This document shows positions 51,782-63,736 of a stretch of DNA of 64,000 nt, one piece after another (position 1 is the stretch's first letter; the number at the start of each line of letters is the position of its first letter). The notes beneath the pieces are model-generated. The model was not told the origin of the DNA, did not search any database, and saw only the letters and a program-made list of their open reading frames with translations. The stretch comes from Podarcis liolepis. Its lineage: Eukaryota. The DNA is taken from the NCBI GenBank assembly GCA_965112155.1, contig OZ218098.1. The stretch is one strand, 5' to 3'. Position numbers and translations under genes: made by a program.

Positions 51782-54700
51782 TATCAACATATAGGGTGGA
51801 ATTCAACAATATGTTAAGGTGATCATTCCATTGGGACAACCATTGGAATTGCGCCCCAATCCCACATGCTGTTCTGGGGGTTATCCAGCCCCGCCCCACT
51901 TACAAAATCTGGTCACGGGTTAGGGGATCCTCTAGAGCAGATTTGGGGGTGGGGTGGCAGAGCTACAGAGGAGAGGAAGGAGACGTCCACTCACACAACA
52001 GTGTATATCAGCTATGGGTACCAGTGCTTCCCACCCTCTTCATCCTACATTTTGAAACATCTAAAGGAATGAGGAGTAGATCAATTCTAAGAAATGTTAA
52101 GAAATTAATGAGCTCTTCATCATCGTTTTGCTCAGGCCTTGGTGAGAAAATTGCACCACTGAATCAAAAGCTCGATGGCTTCAGATCCCTGTGAAAGCTT
52201 GGTTACTTTCTCAATAAACACATGGTTGAGTTTCAAGAAGAGAAAGTCTCTGTCTCACATGGAAACTTAACTTGAAAAGTACTACTATTCACAGGGGACT
52301 TGAGCTTATTTCTGTGCAAATGTGTGCAGGAAATACATACCCAAACAGTGGCTGCAGGAGGAAGTCTAAGCCAAAAACGCCACTGCAAACAATTGCCCAT
52401 TGTACAGGTGAACTATTTGAAATGAACTCTGTGAATCTGAAGTCATTCAGCGTCTTCTTAAGCTTTGAGAGAGAACTCTTGTCACTGGGTTTTCAACGTG
52501 CCATAAAGAAAGAGACAAAACAGGTCCAACCTGGTCTATCTTGTGTGATCTGTGAGTCATTCTTGTAAATCTTATTAGTCTGCTTCAAAAGACTCTTAAC
52601 ATCTAATAATGAACAACAAAGAAGGGGAAGGAAAGCAGCAGAACACACCATCTTCTCTGCTCTCACTTATCATGAGCTCATTTTGTCCTGGTTATCAATT
52701 ATACCGCCAGAAGTTCAGCCCCCATTTAATTGACTTGATTCAGCTTTCTTAACATAGGTCTGCAAGATGCCTTATCAGTGGTCTCACCTAGCAACTGTTT
52801 CCCAGCAAAGAAAATATGCCCTCCCTGACTAACACTTCTCTGTGGATTGAAGTACACCTGATAATTTTAATTAGCCGGTTTAGAAAATGCTGAGCTCTCT
52901 TGATGCACCGCTTAGGCACTCCCCTGCTTTCTCAAGGGGTCAGCCAAGCCAATGGACTGGGCTGAACATGAAGGTGAATCTGTAACCTTCTGGCGATGAG
53001 GAAGTCAAGCTGGCCGGTCACACAGCTTGGGTCTTCCTGCCTGTGGCTTACAAGGTTGCAACCCAGAAATCCCACCTGCCTCTTTAACAACTCAGCAGTC
53101 ACAAAAAGAGGATGCAGCTGCGGCTTCCCCTCCCACAGTGCCACTGCGCATCCTCCTACCTGCAACTGGAGCAAGGAGGACTCTGGTTTTGCCTCACAGC
53201 AGGGAGGGGTGGTATCGCAGCTGCATCCTCTTCTGCTGCATCGAAATCTTTAAAGCGACAGGCAGATCTCCAGTTTACAAGCTGCCACCCTATGACAGGC
53301 TGTCTTCCAGCTTCTCTTAAGTGATCCATGAAAATTATGCCTTAGAAAAAGGTGATTCACCTTCAATAGACTCACCTGTTCTCTAGCCAGACTACGAGAG
53401 GGCTAGTTTGCTTTTATGAGCTGGGTAAAAAGAATAAATCCCACTAGACGCAGCTTCTGTAAAAGCTGCAGCATTGCAATGCATTGCAATGCAGCAAACC
53501 AAATGCAGCCCACCCTCTTGAGAAACATCATGCTGTTGCTGCCTGCCTGGGACTGTAAAAACAAAGAAGGGGGAAAGGGCAGGTCACAGTAGCTTGGCTC
53601 ATTGGTGAATCACAGGCCTTGCGTTTCCTCTTTCAATGTTTTTCTTCTCTGGCTTTCACCAATTCCTTTCATCTTCTTCTGTATGCCTTACCTTGTGAGG
53701 TAGAGCCCAGTTAATCTATTTCACACTGCAAAACTGAAAATACAAAATGTTCTCAACTTTTGCAGTCTCCTTTGCACAACAACAGGCCTTTGTCGGTGTA
53801 AATGAGAACGTTCATTTTAAGCACATCAGCAGATTGTATCACTTTAGATAGAGCACGTTGTATTACAACTCTTAACTACTTCCATTTCTTTATCTCAATT
53901 CTGTGCCTACAGCATTCTTGCTGAATAATCACAAATGTACATTCAAATGTAGAGGTCCTGACAACATACAAGCATTCAAAAGCAGTTGTGTGTTTTTTTA
54001 AAAAACCTATAACACACATTCCCTGTAACATACAATTTGTGTTTGCCATCATGGAGTTCATCTTCTTACGGAGTGTGTTACACACTTTTTCAATTCTTTG
54101 CTGATCTACCATGACAACAGATAATAATCATAGGGTTGTTTGGCCGAGTAAAACCTGAAAGCCAGTTCTTGCACTAGAACAAAATCCTATTTTAACCCAC
54201 CGAGATACCATGATGCCCTGTATCTAACATTCACCACACTTGAGGTTATACATCTCAAACTATGTGTCTTAAAATGTAAAGCAAACCAAGAATTGCCAGG
54301 GCAGGTGTGAGCTCTATCGTCACCTCTCTCGGCTCAGTTTTTGGGAGTTAAGTAGTCATCAGGCAGGGAAGTGACAACCTAGGCTTTTGCTGTCAGTGCA
54401 CTGCAAGGAACTGTTGATATGCACCCACCAATCAAGTGTACAGAGTTCTGTCTGTCACATGCAGCTTCTCCAGTGACCTTTCCTATGTGTCAGACAGGGC
54501 CATAGGCATCCTTGCCGCCTTCTCAAGCCCCTTCCCTTTTCTACCCTGAAAAGCCCATTGTGGGATGCTATTGTGCCACCTAAAGGCTTTCGACCTGGCA
54601 TCTCACTGCCATGCTGTAGGGTTCAGGGCTGCTTTCCAGCTTTGGAGGGAGGAAAGGATCCTGAGGCAAAGGCCTGGTGGCTGCTCTGGGGGCCTGGTGC

Positions 54701-56255
54701 TGGATTCTACACTCTGCTGCAGGCTATCAGCAGAGCATAATGCCAGGGCGTTTGCCAGCTTCCATGAGTTGTTTAGCCTAACCTACATACGCCTGCACAA
54801 AACGGTGCATTTCTGGTACACTGCCAATGTTTTGTTCTGGGCCGTGGGTATTAATGCCTTGCGTACATAACTACTATTTTACTCTCCGATGAAAACAAAC
54901 CAAGCCAAGGTTATTGTCAGACACCTTTTTCTCATATAGCCACCCAACCCTTATTACAATAATAACAATAATTATTATTACATACTCCCTTGTTATTATG
55001 CACTGGTACAGGTAGCTTTTTTCCCACACATTAGTAGCTTTGCAGAGCTCCCATGAGTCACTTAGGAGTCTTTCTCAATGTCCCAGGACTAATTGTATGT
55101 GTTCTCTTGAAAGTTGCAGCTACTTTAAAGTAAGAGGTGCAGATAACACATCTCTTACATCATATGTCTCCATCATTTTAATGTGGCTTGTGTCTGGCGT
55201 AGTCACCCACTTGTGCCATGGGCTACACAAACAGAATAAACATGGGCTATGTATCGGGGCAACCCACCCGCAGCCAAATATTAAAATGGAGATGGAGATC
55301 TTGGCTTTTTTCCAGTGTTTGCAGACATTTTCACCCCGAGTAAATTGAATGGGCATGAAGCAACTTGTTTGTGGGCATTGGCCATGCCGTGTGTCTATTC
55401 AGTAATGGCATTGCACAAATGTGGGTACAGAATGGAGCATCCTGAGAATTACGGCTTTTGTTATTAACGAAAATTTAGAAGGGAGTCTCAAGGATCCTTA
55501 AAGCTGCAAAAACAGGTTTCAGTGCATGTGAGCAACACATAGTGAAACATCAGAGATCATGATAGGTGAATTGTCCTCATAGCACATTGAAAGATACCAT
55601 TAAGCCACTCTCCATCCATTCATTCATTCATGCAGGGAAGAAAATGACTGCACAGACTCTATTAAGCCATAAGCATTTCCTTAATCTCTCTCTCTTAAAA
55701 TACTGTACCAAGGTTTCATCTTGAGAAGAGGGCATGCATACAATAAATAAATTATGAAGGAGTAGTACAAACCCAAGTTCTATGCATCTGCAAGTAGTTC
55801 TCTTTCTAAACAGAGTAAATTTGGTTTAATTTGGACAGGGTTTCATAAGGCTCCTCTCTGATCTCACAGCTTCCTCACTGCCAAATGTCAAAATCCTGCT
55901 CCAAATCCTGGAGGCAGTTCTAGACCTAGTAAAATATATATAGTTTGAAAATATTTAAACATTGGCAAAACTGACAAGTTCTTTCACTTGCCTTCTTGGA
56001 AATTGCTGCAGCGTTCTTGCTGATGTTTTAAAGAACGCCTCTTGCTGGCAAGGAGATCTAGTGTGGAAAATTTCGGCACAAGCAGGATACAATTTTGTCA
56101 GGATGGAATGTCCTATGACACCATAAAGCCACCGCTGCATTATAGGTTTATGAATATAGGCTCAAATTTATATCCTGCCTCTTCTCCAAGGATCTCAGGT
56201 CAGCATATTTGTAATAATCCTATTTCATCCTCACGACGACTTCATCCTTTTTATA

Positions 56256-56514
56256 CCGTATTTTTCGCTCTATAAGACGCACCAGACCACAAGACGCACC
56301 TAGTTTTTGGAGGAGGAAAACAAGGGAAAAAATATTCTGAATCTCAGAAGCCAGAACAGCAAGAGGGATCGCTGTGCAGTGAAAGCAGCAATCCCTCTTG
56401 CTGTTCTGGCTTCTGGGGTAGCTGCGCAGCCTGCATTCGCTCCATAAGACGCACACACATTTCCCCTTACTTTTTAGGAAGGAAAAAGTGAGTCTTATAG
56501 AGCAAAAAATACGG
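56256..56514. mobile_element. Tc2/pogo-like MITE with internal hairpin
   Basis: TA|ccgtatttttcgctctataagac...gtcttatagagcaaaaaatacgg|TA. Confidence 0.88.
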
Positions 56515-56817
56515 TAATTTTTGCTCAGTTGTATTTCATGGAGTAATGAGTCATAAAGTGATAAATGAGTGGAAGAGCTCAAAATTACTACCACTATCTT
56601 ACTGACTTTTCTAACACAACTGCACAGCTTGATTTTACCAGACATTGTTAGCTTGCTTGGAGCTTTGCAGTGAATTTTGGGCCTGAGTATGATAAACTTT
56701 CTGGGTTTGGGCAAAGCATTTTTAATGTTGTTTCCAATATTTCTAGTCACCCTCAGAACTCAAACCCAGCTCTGGTTCTTCTGTCACAAAGCACCAATCT
56801 AAACCCTCCCTTTATAC

Positions 56818-57066
56818 CAGGGGTCATCAACCTAAGGCCTAGGGGCCGGATACAGCCCAATCGCCTTCTCAGTCCGGCCCACGGACAGTCCGGAAATCAG
56901 CATGTTTTTACATGAGTAGAATGTGTCCTTTTGTTTAAAATGCATCTCTGGGTTATTTGTGGGGCCTGCCTGGTGTTTTTACATGAGTAGAATGTGTGCT
57001 TTTATCTCAAATGCATCTCTGGGTTATTTGTGGGGCATAGGAATTAGTTCATTCCCCCCCCCCCCC
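56818..57066. mobile_element. Truncated hAT/Charlie-type MITE with a 71-bp-period internal duplication
   Basis: Left end caggggtcatcaacctaaggcc; 56903-56965 repeated at 56974-57036; ends in poly-C with no right TIR. Confidence 0.7.
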
Positions 57067-57449
57067 ATGTTGCTTGCCACAACCCATTTAGAGATTTCCT
57101 TCCACTGGAAAGGCTGAAAAGAACCAGTTCTGACAGGATGGCAAGGGGAAATTTGGGACCTGGCTCTTTCCAAGCATCTACCACAACACACAAGGGCTGT
57201 TCAAGGCCAAACAAAACATGCTCATTTTTATACGATATGATCCCTATGACGTAAACAGAAGTGATGCTAATGTAAGACCTTAGGCCACCCTGTCCTGACA
57301 TTGTTGTGTTGCTTGGAGTTTTCCACTGAGTTTGGGGACCTGAGTGAGAGCCCTTCCACACATAAGCTGTAGAGTAGCCTACAAATAGCTTATAGCCATG
57401 TTGGCAACACACCCAAGCAGGTGGTCATGCAGCAGTGTGAAGAATGGAT

Positions 57450-57805
57450 GGAGTTGTCATTTTCAGCATCCCTCTGAGTTTCTCATTTTTCAAAACTTAG
57501 GTTCAGTTTGCTGTATTTCTGCATCAGTTTGCTATTTTAAAAAGGGTAATCAAAAAAGTTCATCAGCATTTTAGTATATACTTCTCTTAATAAACATATT
57601 TTTGCAAACAATTTTGCACAATATAATTCATTTTATTCTTTATTTCCAGTAATATTTGCATTTTTATGCACACTTGCCCTGAATATATGCTTTCTGAAGA
57701 CTTTTTTTGTTGTTGCTGGAGAACTGCATTATGACATCTGGAGAAGCACAAAATGCAAAAGGTACATGCATTTTTAGTTTGTTTATTGTTTCAGGAAGTA
57801 TGAAT
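57450..57805. repeat. Old AT-rich interspersed repeat, copy 2
   Basis: Similar to 48290-48640. Confidence 0.5.
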
Positions 57806-58373
57806 GTATCCCCTCAACCTGTCTGCGGCAGAATCATAGTGGGACCTACAAAAGTAGGGGAGTAAGTTCATTGACAACAGCTCTGTGTCCCCTAATCATT
57901 CCTCCTCACTCGCCATACTGAGATGATCTCAACACTCTGAAGTGCACTTGTTGAAAAGCAAAAAGCAGAAGGTGGCGCTGGAGGAATTGAGCTTGTGCCG
58001 CACCTTCAATCTGTTTCTTTTTCTAAGATGACCTATTTTATTGTTATTGTGGATTATCAAAAGCACTTACGCAGCCCTGTGAACTTGTGTAGGGCTTGAC
58101 AAACAGATAAGACAAGCTCCCTGCCCTGAAGTTTTTATGGTTTAAGTAAGAGCAAGACAAACACAAGATAACACATGGGGACAACAACACTGGCAGAGCA
58201 GGGTGTAAGGATTATTAGCAGAGAGGGAAAGGGTGTGTTTTGAGGAGAGAACCGGAGAGGGGGCGGCTATGAGATGAAGATATCAGAACTAGTGGCGCAG
58301 CTATACAGCTACTAACACATTTGCAAAGCTCGGCAGTGTCCGGTATGATTTCAAATTGGATGGGAGACTGCAT

Positions 58374-58453
58374 GTTGAGATTCCAGCTTTGCAGGGGGTT
58401 GGACTACATGAGCCTTGCGGTCCCTTCCAACTCTACAATTCTATCATTTTATG
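58374..58453 (+). mobile_element. CR1 LINE 3'-end fragment
   Basis: gcagggggttggactacatgagccttgcggtcccttccaactctacaattctatcattttatga. Confidence 0.75.
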
Positions 58454-58855
58454 AACTGCAGGAGGCACAGAGCGGGATTCCTCAGAATTGCCCGTCTTAT
58501 GCTCAATGGAGTGGGTGTAAAAATGCATAAGCACTTCGGAGTTGGGAAAGCGCAACATTTTATTTAGTATATAACACTTCATAGAAATCCACAGGTAAAG
58601 AAAAAGATAAGCCTTTGCTCCCCAAATTACAGCCTAATTTTGACAGCCAGGAAGACAACTGTGAAAGGTGCATATGACAAAGGCAACCAGAAATGTATAG
58701 GACCAGTTGCATGTCTTGGGCATGTGAGCCAGGAGGGAGGGATTGGTCTGTATGCATGTCCTTCCCACCTCTCTTCTCAGGCCTAGGTCATACATGATTT
58801 TGTGGTCATTCCATCAGCACAGCAGCAGTGTATCCCTCGACCCAGCAAAAAGTAA

Positions 58856-59353
58856 TATCATGAGCTTGGGGTGTTACGTTGTATGCCAAACCCCTCTAAT
58901 CCCTGGATCCAGCAAGTGTTAAAAACTAATCAAGCCTTCAAATTCCTGGAATAGCCAAGATAGCTTCCTGGTTAGGCGACGGGGGATTAAGGGACTTGAT
59001 GTGAGATGGCAAATGAGTGGGACACCCCTCCCTCAACAGAAAAAGTCAGAGTTGAAGGCAGAGAGTTGGAATGATGTGAGCTAGAGGAACAGCAGAAAAC
59101 TGGAAGACAGGGAGACAGAGCAATGTTTGATGTTTGCTTGAATCCAAAGCTGCATCTATGGGAGAAACAAGACCTTTGGGGGATGTTAATGCTGTGAACT
59201 CCTCCATCACAGGCTTAGGTTGTATATATGTGTAAATAAACCATATATCATAAAGACACCAGAGTCTCCACTGTGTCTCATTTCCAAAAGGAAACACAAA
59301 CCTTGGGTACCCCTGGAATCTTACACCGCTCAGAGATTGGGGTGACATGAACA
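58856..59353 (+). mobile_element. Solo LTR, same family as 44246-44694
   Basis: Shared blocks (ctccatcacag, atgtgtaaataaacca, cataaaga, ggaaacac); ends aaca; degenerate 4-bp TSD gtaa/gtta. Confidence 0.72.
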
Positions 59354-59501
59354 GTTAGTATAGGATTGCTCAGTAGGAGAATTTTTTAAAAAAAGAGGAA
59401 GGAAAGAGTACCCTGGCCAACTCTTGATCATTCAATGTGCTATTGTTGTTGCTCATTATACAATAAGACATGGAATGAAGCAGAGGCTTGGATTTGAAGT
59501 A

Positions 59502-59710
59502 CAGTGGTACCTCGGGTTACAAGCACTTCGGGTTACAGACTCTGCTAAACTGGAAGTAGTACCTCGGGTTAAGAACTTTACCTCATGATGAGAACAGAAA
59601 TTGTGCGCCAGCAGCACGGCGGCAGTGGGAGGCTCCTTTAGCTAAAGTGGTACCTCAGGTTAAGAAGGGACTTCCAGAATGAAATAAGTTCATAACCAGA
59701 GTTGCAACTG
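59502..59710. mobile_element. Tc1/pogo-like MITE, same family as 51540-51781
   Basis: TA|cagtggtacctcgggttac...ccagagttgcaactg|TA. Confidence 0.8.
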
Positions 59711-61869
59711 TAGCCCAGAGTACCTAAAGACCTCAAACTGGACCTGCCCCCATGTTCTGAACACCTGACTATGCCAAGTTGCAGAATTCAGCTTGCGGAA
59801 TTCTACAGACACTCTCTTGCCTTGCCTTCCACCACCCCCTTTCCATTCTTCACACCTTTATTACAAGGGCACATCATCTGTGTGCAACAACAGCTGCCCC
59901 CACAAAGCCAGAACACACAGGCACAAGGAGATTAGAGGGAAGACCTCTATTTTAAAGGAGCCCCCCCCTTCAGCTAGTGTGATTACCACAACTCACGAGT
60001 TTTGCTTTTCCTGTTTTTAAATACCCCGCCATCCTTTCAAGCTTTTGCAGGAGAAGACGTTCACCTACCTGCCTACTTTGGTTGCTGGTCCAAACAACCC
60101 TGCAACTATACTCTGATGCAGTTCCACAGGCATTATTCTGGCCCAGCCTTGGGCCACTTTCAGGTGGGCCTCTGTGCCACATCCTGCCCAGTGCCTCATC
60201 ATTTGACTGCTCCATCCCCATGCCATACAATTTAAGCCTTTTGGTTAGACTGATGCCATTTCTTTTTAAAAATTATGCTGTGCATATACATGTCCCTTTG
60301 AAAACAAGAGATGCACACAGTTTCCTCAGAGCAGCAATAGCAACAGCAAAAAAGGATGAATTGATGGCTGGGTTTTTGCCACCATCAGACTTTCTCCTCA
60401 AACTGAGGAGGGGTGAAGCAAACTGGCTTGCAAGTTATTGACAGGGCTTTCTCCCAAATGTCTGGTAAGAGAGGTAAAATGAGGAGGGGGGAATCCACTA
60501 CCAACTGTGTGTAAATCTATGGAAAAGAAACAAGTGGTGGAGAACTGTCCTTCAGACAGAATGCATCCGCCCACAGGTGATACAAAAAAAATGCAATTAT
60601 AAATCCACTTTTCTACATCAGCATCCATCAATGCAAATGTTATTAAAACAGCATTTCTGTCTTTTATGCATACATACCAAAAGCGAGAGAGACTAAAGTG
60701 TGTTTTAAGTGGAACATGTGAAATAAGTCTTGGGATTTATTAGTTTCTAGTTGGTCCCAGATACAAGACTCTCAAGATGACAGGAAATATCTAAGCGTCT
60801 CCCTTTTGAAATAAAAAGAGCATTCTCTTGGGAACACACATGCCATTGGGAAATACTGATAGATGCAACATGTGCAGTTAGATGTAAGACTGTATTGCAA
60901 TCCGTTCAGTTCACTGGTTACAGGAGGAGAAGCAGCCTAACTGGTAATTACTGTGGGTTTGGCTTTTGCAGGATGAAGCTAAAATGAAACTAGAAACGTT
61001 CTCATAGGTACTTTCCATCAGTGATTTGCTAACTGAAGAAACAGTGTGAGAATTAATGGAGATACCTATAGGAAAGACACAGTAGAAGTGGGGTCTGAGG
61101 GATCGAATTGGTGTGAAATTAGTGTGAATTGTTAAAATATTGAGTTAATATCCAAAGAAAACTGGCTTAGGAAGCATTTTGATACAGAAAATGAGAGGCT
61201 CTTCTGTGCTATTTGCAAAAGAGAGGATGGTGGAAAGTGTAAGCACTGCAAAACAGACTTCTTTGATGCTACAAAAACCTACTTCCTCTTCAGCAGCCAA
61301 AGAAGTGGTTATTGGTAAAAACAAGTTGAAAAGTTAGTTCAACATCCTACTCTATAGACACATTACACATTACTTGCATTTATATTTCCAGTGGAAACCT
61401 TAACGTGACATTTACGTTCTGTTTATGTACAGGACAGCATATCAAAATGACACCACCGTATTTTCCAGTTATCTTGAGACTGCCACCACCACAGTGAGTT
61501 TCACAATACTGCTATATTACCCCTTGCCCAGGAAATCAAAGTATTCAGCAACCATTACAGTGTTTCACAAAACAACTGAACCCAAAGTGCTTCATGTACA
61601 TTTGTCTTGATCCAACAGGAGGTGACAGAGGAGACACAAACAGGTGCTGCATGTCATTTCCCCCAGGCTAAGGAGATCAGCTATCTGTTTGAGGTACAAG
61701 CAGTCAATCAGATTCACTTCCCTCTTTCCTAGAATGAATGATGCTACTGATGACAATGCGACAGGGGCTGCATATGCATTGCCCAAGTACTTTCATGTCC
61801 AGGAAATCTTCATGCACTGCTTATTTGTAAACCTTTTACTTCCTGTTAGATTGGGACAAACATCTTTAT

Positions 61870-61985
61870 AATCACCACAACAACCCTGTATGAGAATCCA
61901 GTGTAATTGTTCACATTTTATGAAGGGGTGGGTGCTGAGATTGAAGGAACTGTGGCTTGCCTAAAGCTGCTTTATGAGTTCACAA
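61870..61985 (-). mobile_element. MIR/CORE-like SINE remnant
   Basis: cacaacaaccctgt...cacattt..tgaagg..gctgagattga..gtggcttgcctaa resembles the reversed CORE region. Confidence 0.5.
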
Positions 61986-62265
61986 TTTAGGCTCCCTGTG
62001 CTAAGTAGCTCTGTTACCCCAACCTACATTATGGAATATGGTTGTATGGCCTGGTCTGGAGAAGGGGATCTGTTTTTTTGTGTGGCCTGTTTTTTGGTGA
62101 CCGTACAGTACTATGCTGTTGGATTGCTAGGTTGAGTAATGAGGGACTGATTTAAAATGTTATATATTTATTGTATTGCTGTGCTTTATGTCAACCATCT
62201 TGGGGAGAATTTCATTCCTGAGAAGCAATATAGAAAATAATTAAATAAAAGTATATGAGCTAGGG

Positions 62266-62402
62266 CAGGCATAGGCAAACTCGGCCCTCCAGATGTTTTT
62301 GAGACTACAGTTCCCATCACCCCTGGCCACTGGTCCTGTTAGTTAGGGATGATGGGAGTTGTAGTCCCAAAACATCTGGAGAGCCGAGTTTGCCTATGCC
62401 TG
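62266..62402. mobile_element. Intact palindromic hAT MITE, 137 bp
   Basis: Long TIR caggcataggcaaactcggc / gccgagtttgcctatgcctg; perfect 8-bp TSD agctaggg. Confidence 0.92.
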
Positions 62403-63182
62403 AGCTAGGGCCTTACAGCTTCTGAGAAACTGTTTGACCCCCTTATAAGCAGCTGGCTCAAGAGCACAACTTGTTATGAAGTTATGTAATCTTATCTCGT
62501 TCCTCTTGTATTACTCATAGGTATAAAGTCAAGAGATTACAGCTCATAATGCTTGTCTCGTGCTGTCTAAGGATTCCTGCAAAGTAATAGTATTGCCTAC
62601 TCAGGCTTCCTGCTAACAATATGTACAGGTACACACTCCCTCCTATAAATGTTTGCACACTAAGCTGCCAATAATCTTTCCTCCACAGCCCTCCTCCTTC
62701 AATACTTCTTTTCACGTCTACTAGCTTTACCTAACAGTGCATGTAAAAAAGTAATGAGTTCCAGTTTGACTCATGCTGGTAAATTCATACTGGTGTGACG
62801 CAACGGAAGTACAGCTAACATAAGAGGCAATGTTTGTTTTTCTTTAGGGCACATACTCTTTTGAAGGCGATTGGCCATCTTACAAAGATGATGGGCAGTG
62901 GCATGGAAAAAAGAGGGAACCTGATTGGCTAGGGATAAATGAAGCAATATTTACCTAACCCTGAAAAACAAAAAGGAAACAAGAGGGGACTTCCAGACCG
63001 TTGCTATTTTAAATCAACAGTGGGGTTCAGTTGCATACTGGGAAATTCAGGTTGTGCAACTGTAGTTGGTTGGGAGGTCTTCCAAAATAAACCCACTTGC
63101 CACAAAAATCAATTTTTTTGCAATAAGGAAAGTGAAGAGGGAATGCACTGGAAAGTGTGGGATAACGTTTCCTTGACACAAA

Positions 63183-63446
63183 AGATTTGTCCACACATCC
63201 TCTTGTCCCCTGCCTCGAAAGCAGGGGTCCAAGAGGTTTTCCACTTGTCCCATACTTTCAAGGCATGGGTCCGAGTGGTTTTTCATTCGTTCAACTGCTT
63301 TCCCCTGGGAAAACCTGCTGTTTACCACTGAATCGGAACAAACATCAATCTGCAGAAAAACTGTTTGACATTTGTTTCGATTCAGCAGTAAACAGTGGGC
63401 TTTTCCAGGGGAATGCAGTGGGACAAGCAGATGTGTAGACGAGCCC
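63183..63446. mobile_element. Harbinger-like MITE with a long internal inverted repeat
   Basis: gtccacacatc / gatgtgtagac termini; arms at about 63294-63348 and 63365-63419. Confidence 0.55.
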
Positions 63447-63692
63447 CATGTCATGTAACCTCCCTGGAAACAAATCAGGGTGAATGCTCAATAAACAGGT
63501 GGTCTGGAAAAGCCCTACAAGTTCTATTGTGACATAGAATACATTAAAAGCCACTATGCTGGGCCCATGTGATGCATTAAACTAAGGTATCCACATGTTT
63601 CCACCTGTGGGGTAAACAGCAGCTGGGAGTGTTGATTTTAATTGGGAAAACAGTGGACTGTGGTTCCAGGCCAGTTTCTTCCCCTCCAGTGG

Positions 63693-63694
<2 letters not shown>

Positions 63695-63734
<40 letters not shown>
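63695..63734. repeat. (AC)20 microsatellite
   Basis: Read directly. Confidence 0.95.

Positions 63735-63736
<2 letters not shown>

Noticed and set aside
56903-57036. Repeat-spacer (CRISPR-like) arrangement
   Set aside because: Only two long units inside a hAT MITE in a vertebrate genome; a simple tandem duplication.
44246-59353. A full-length provirus bounded by the two related LTRs
   Set aside because: The LTRs are in opposite orientation, diverged and have separate TSDs, and no gag/pol remnants lie between them.
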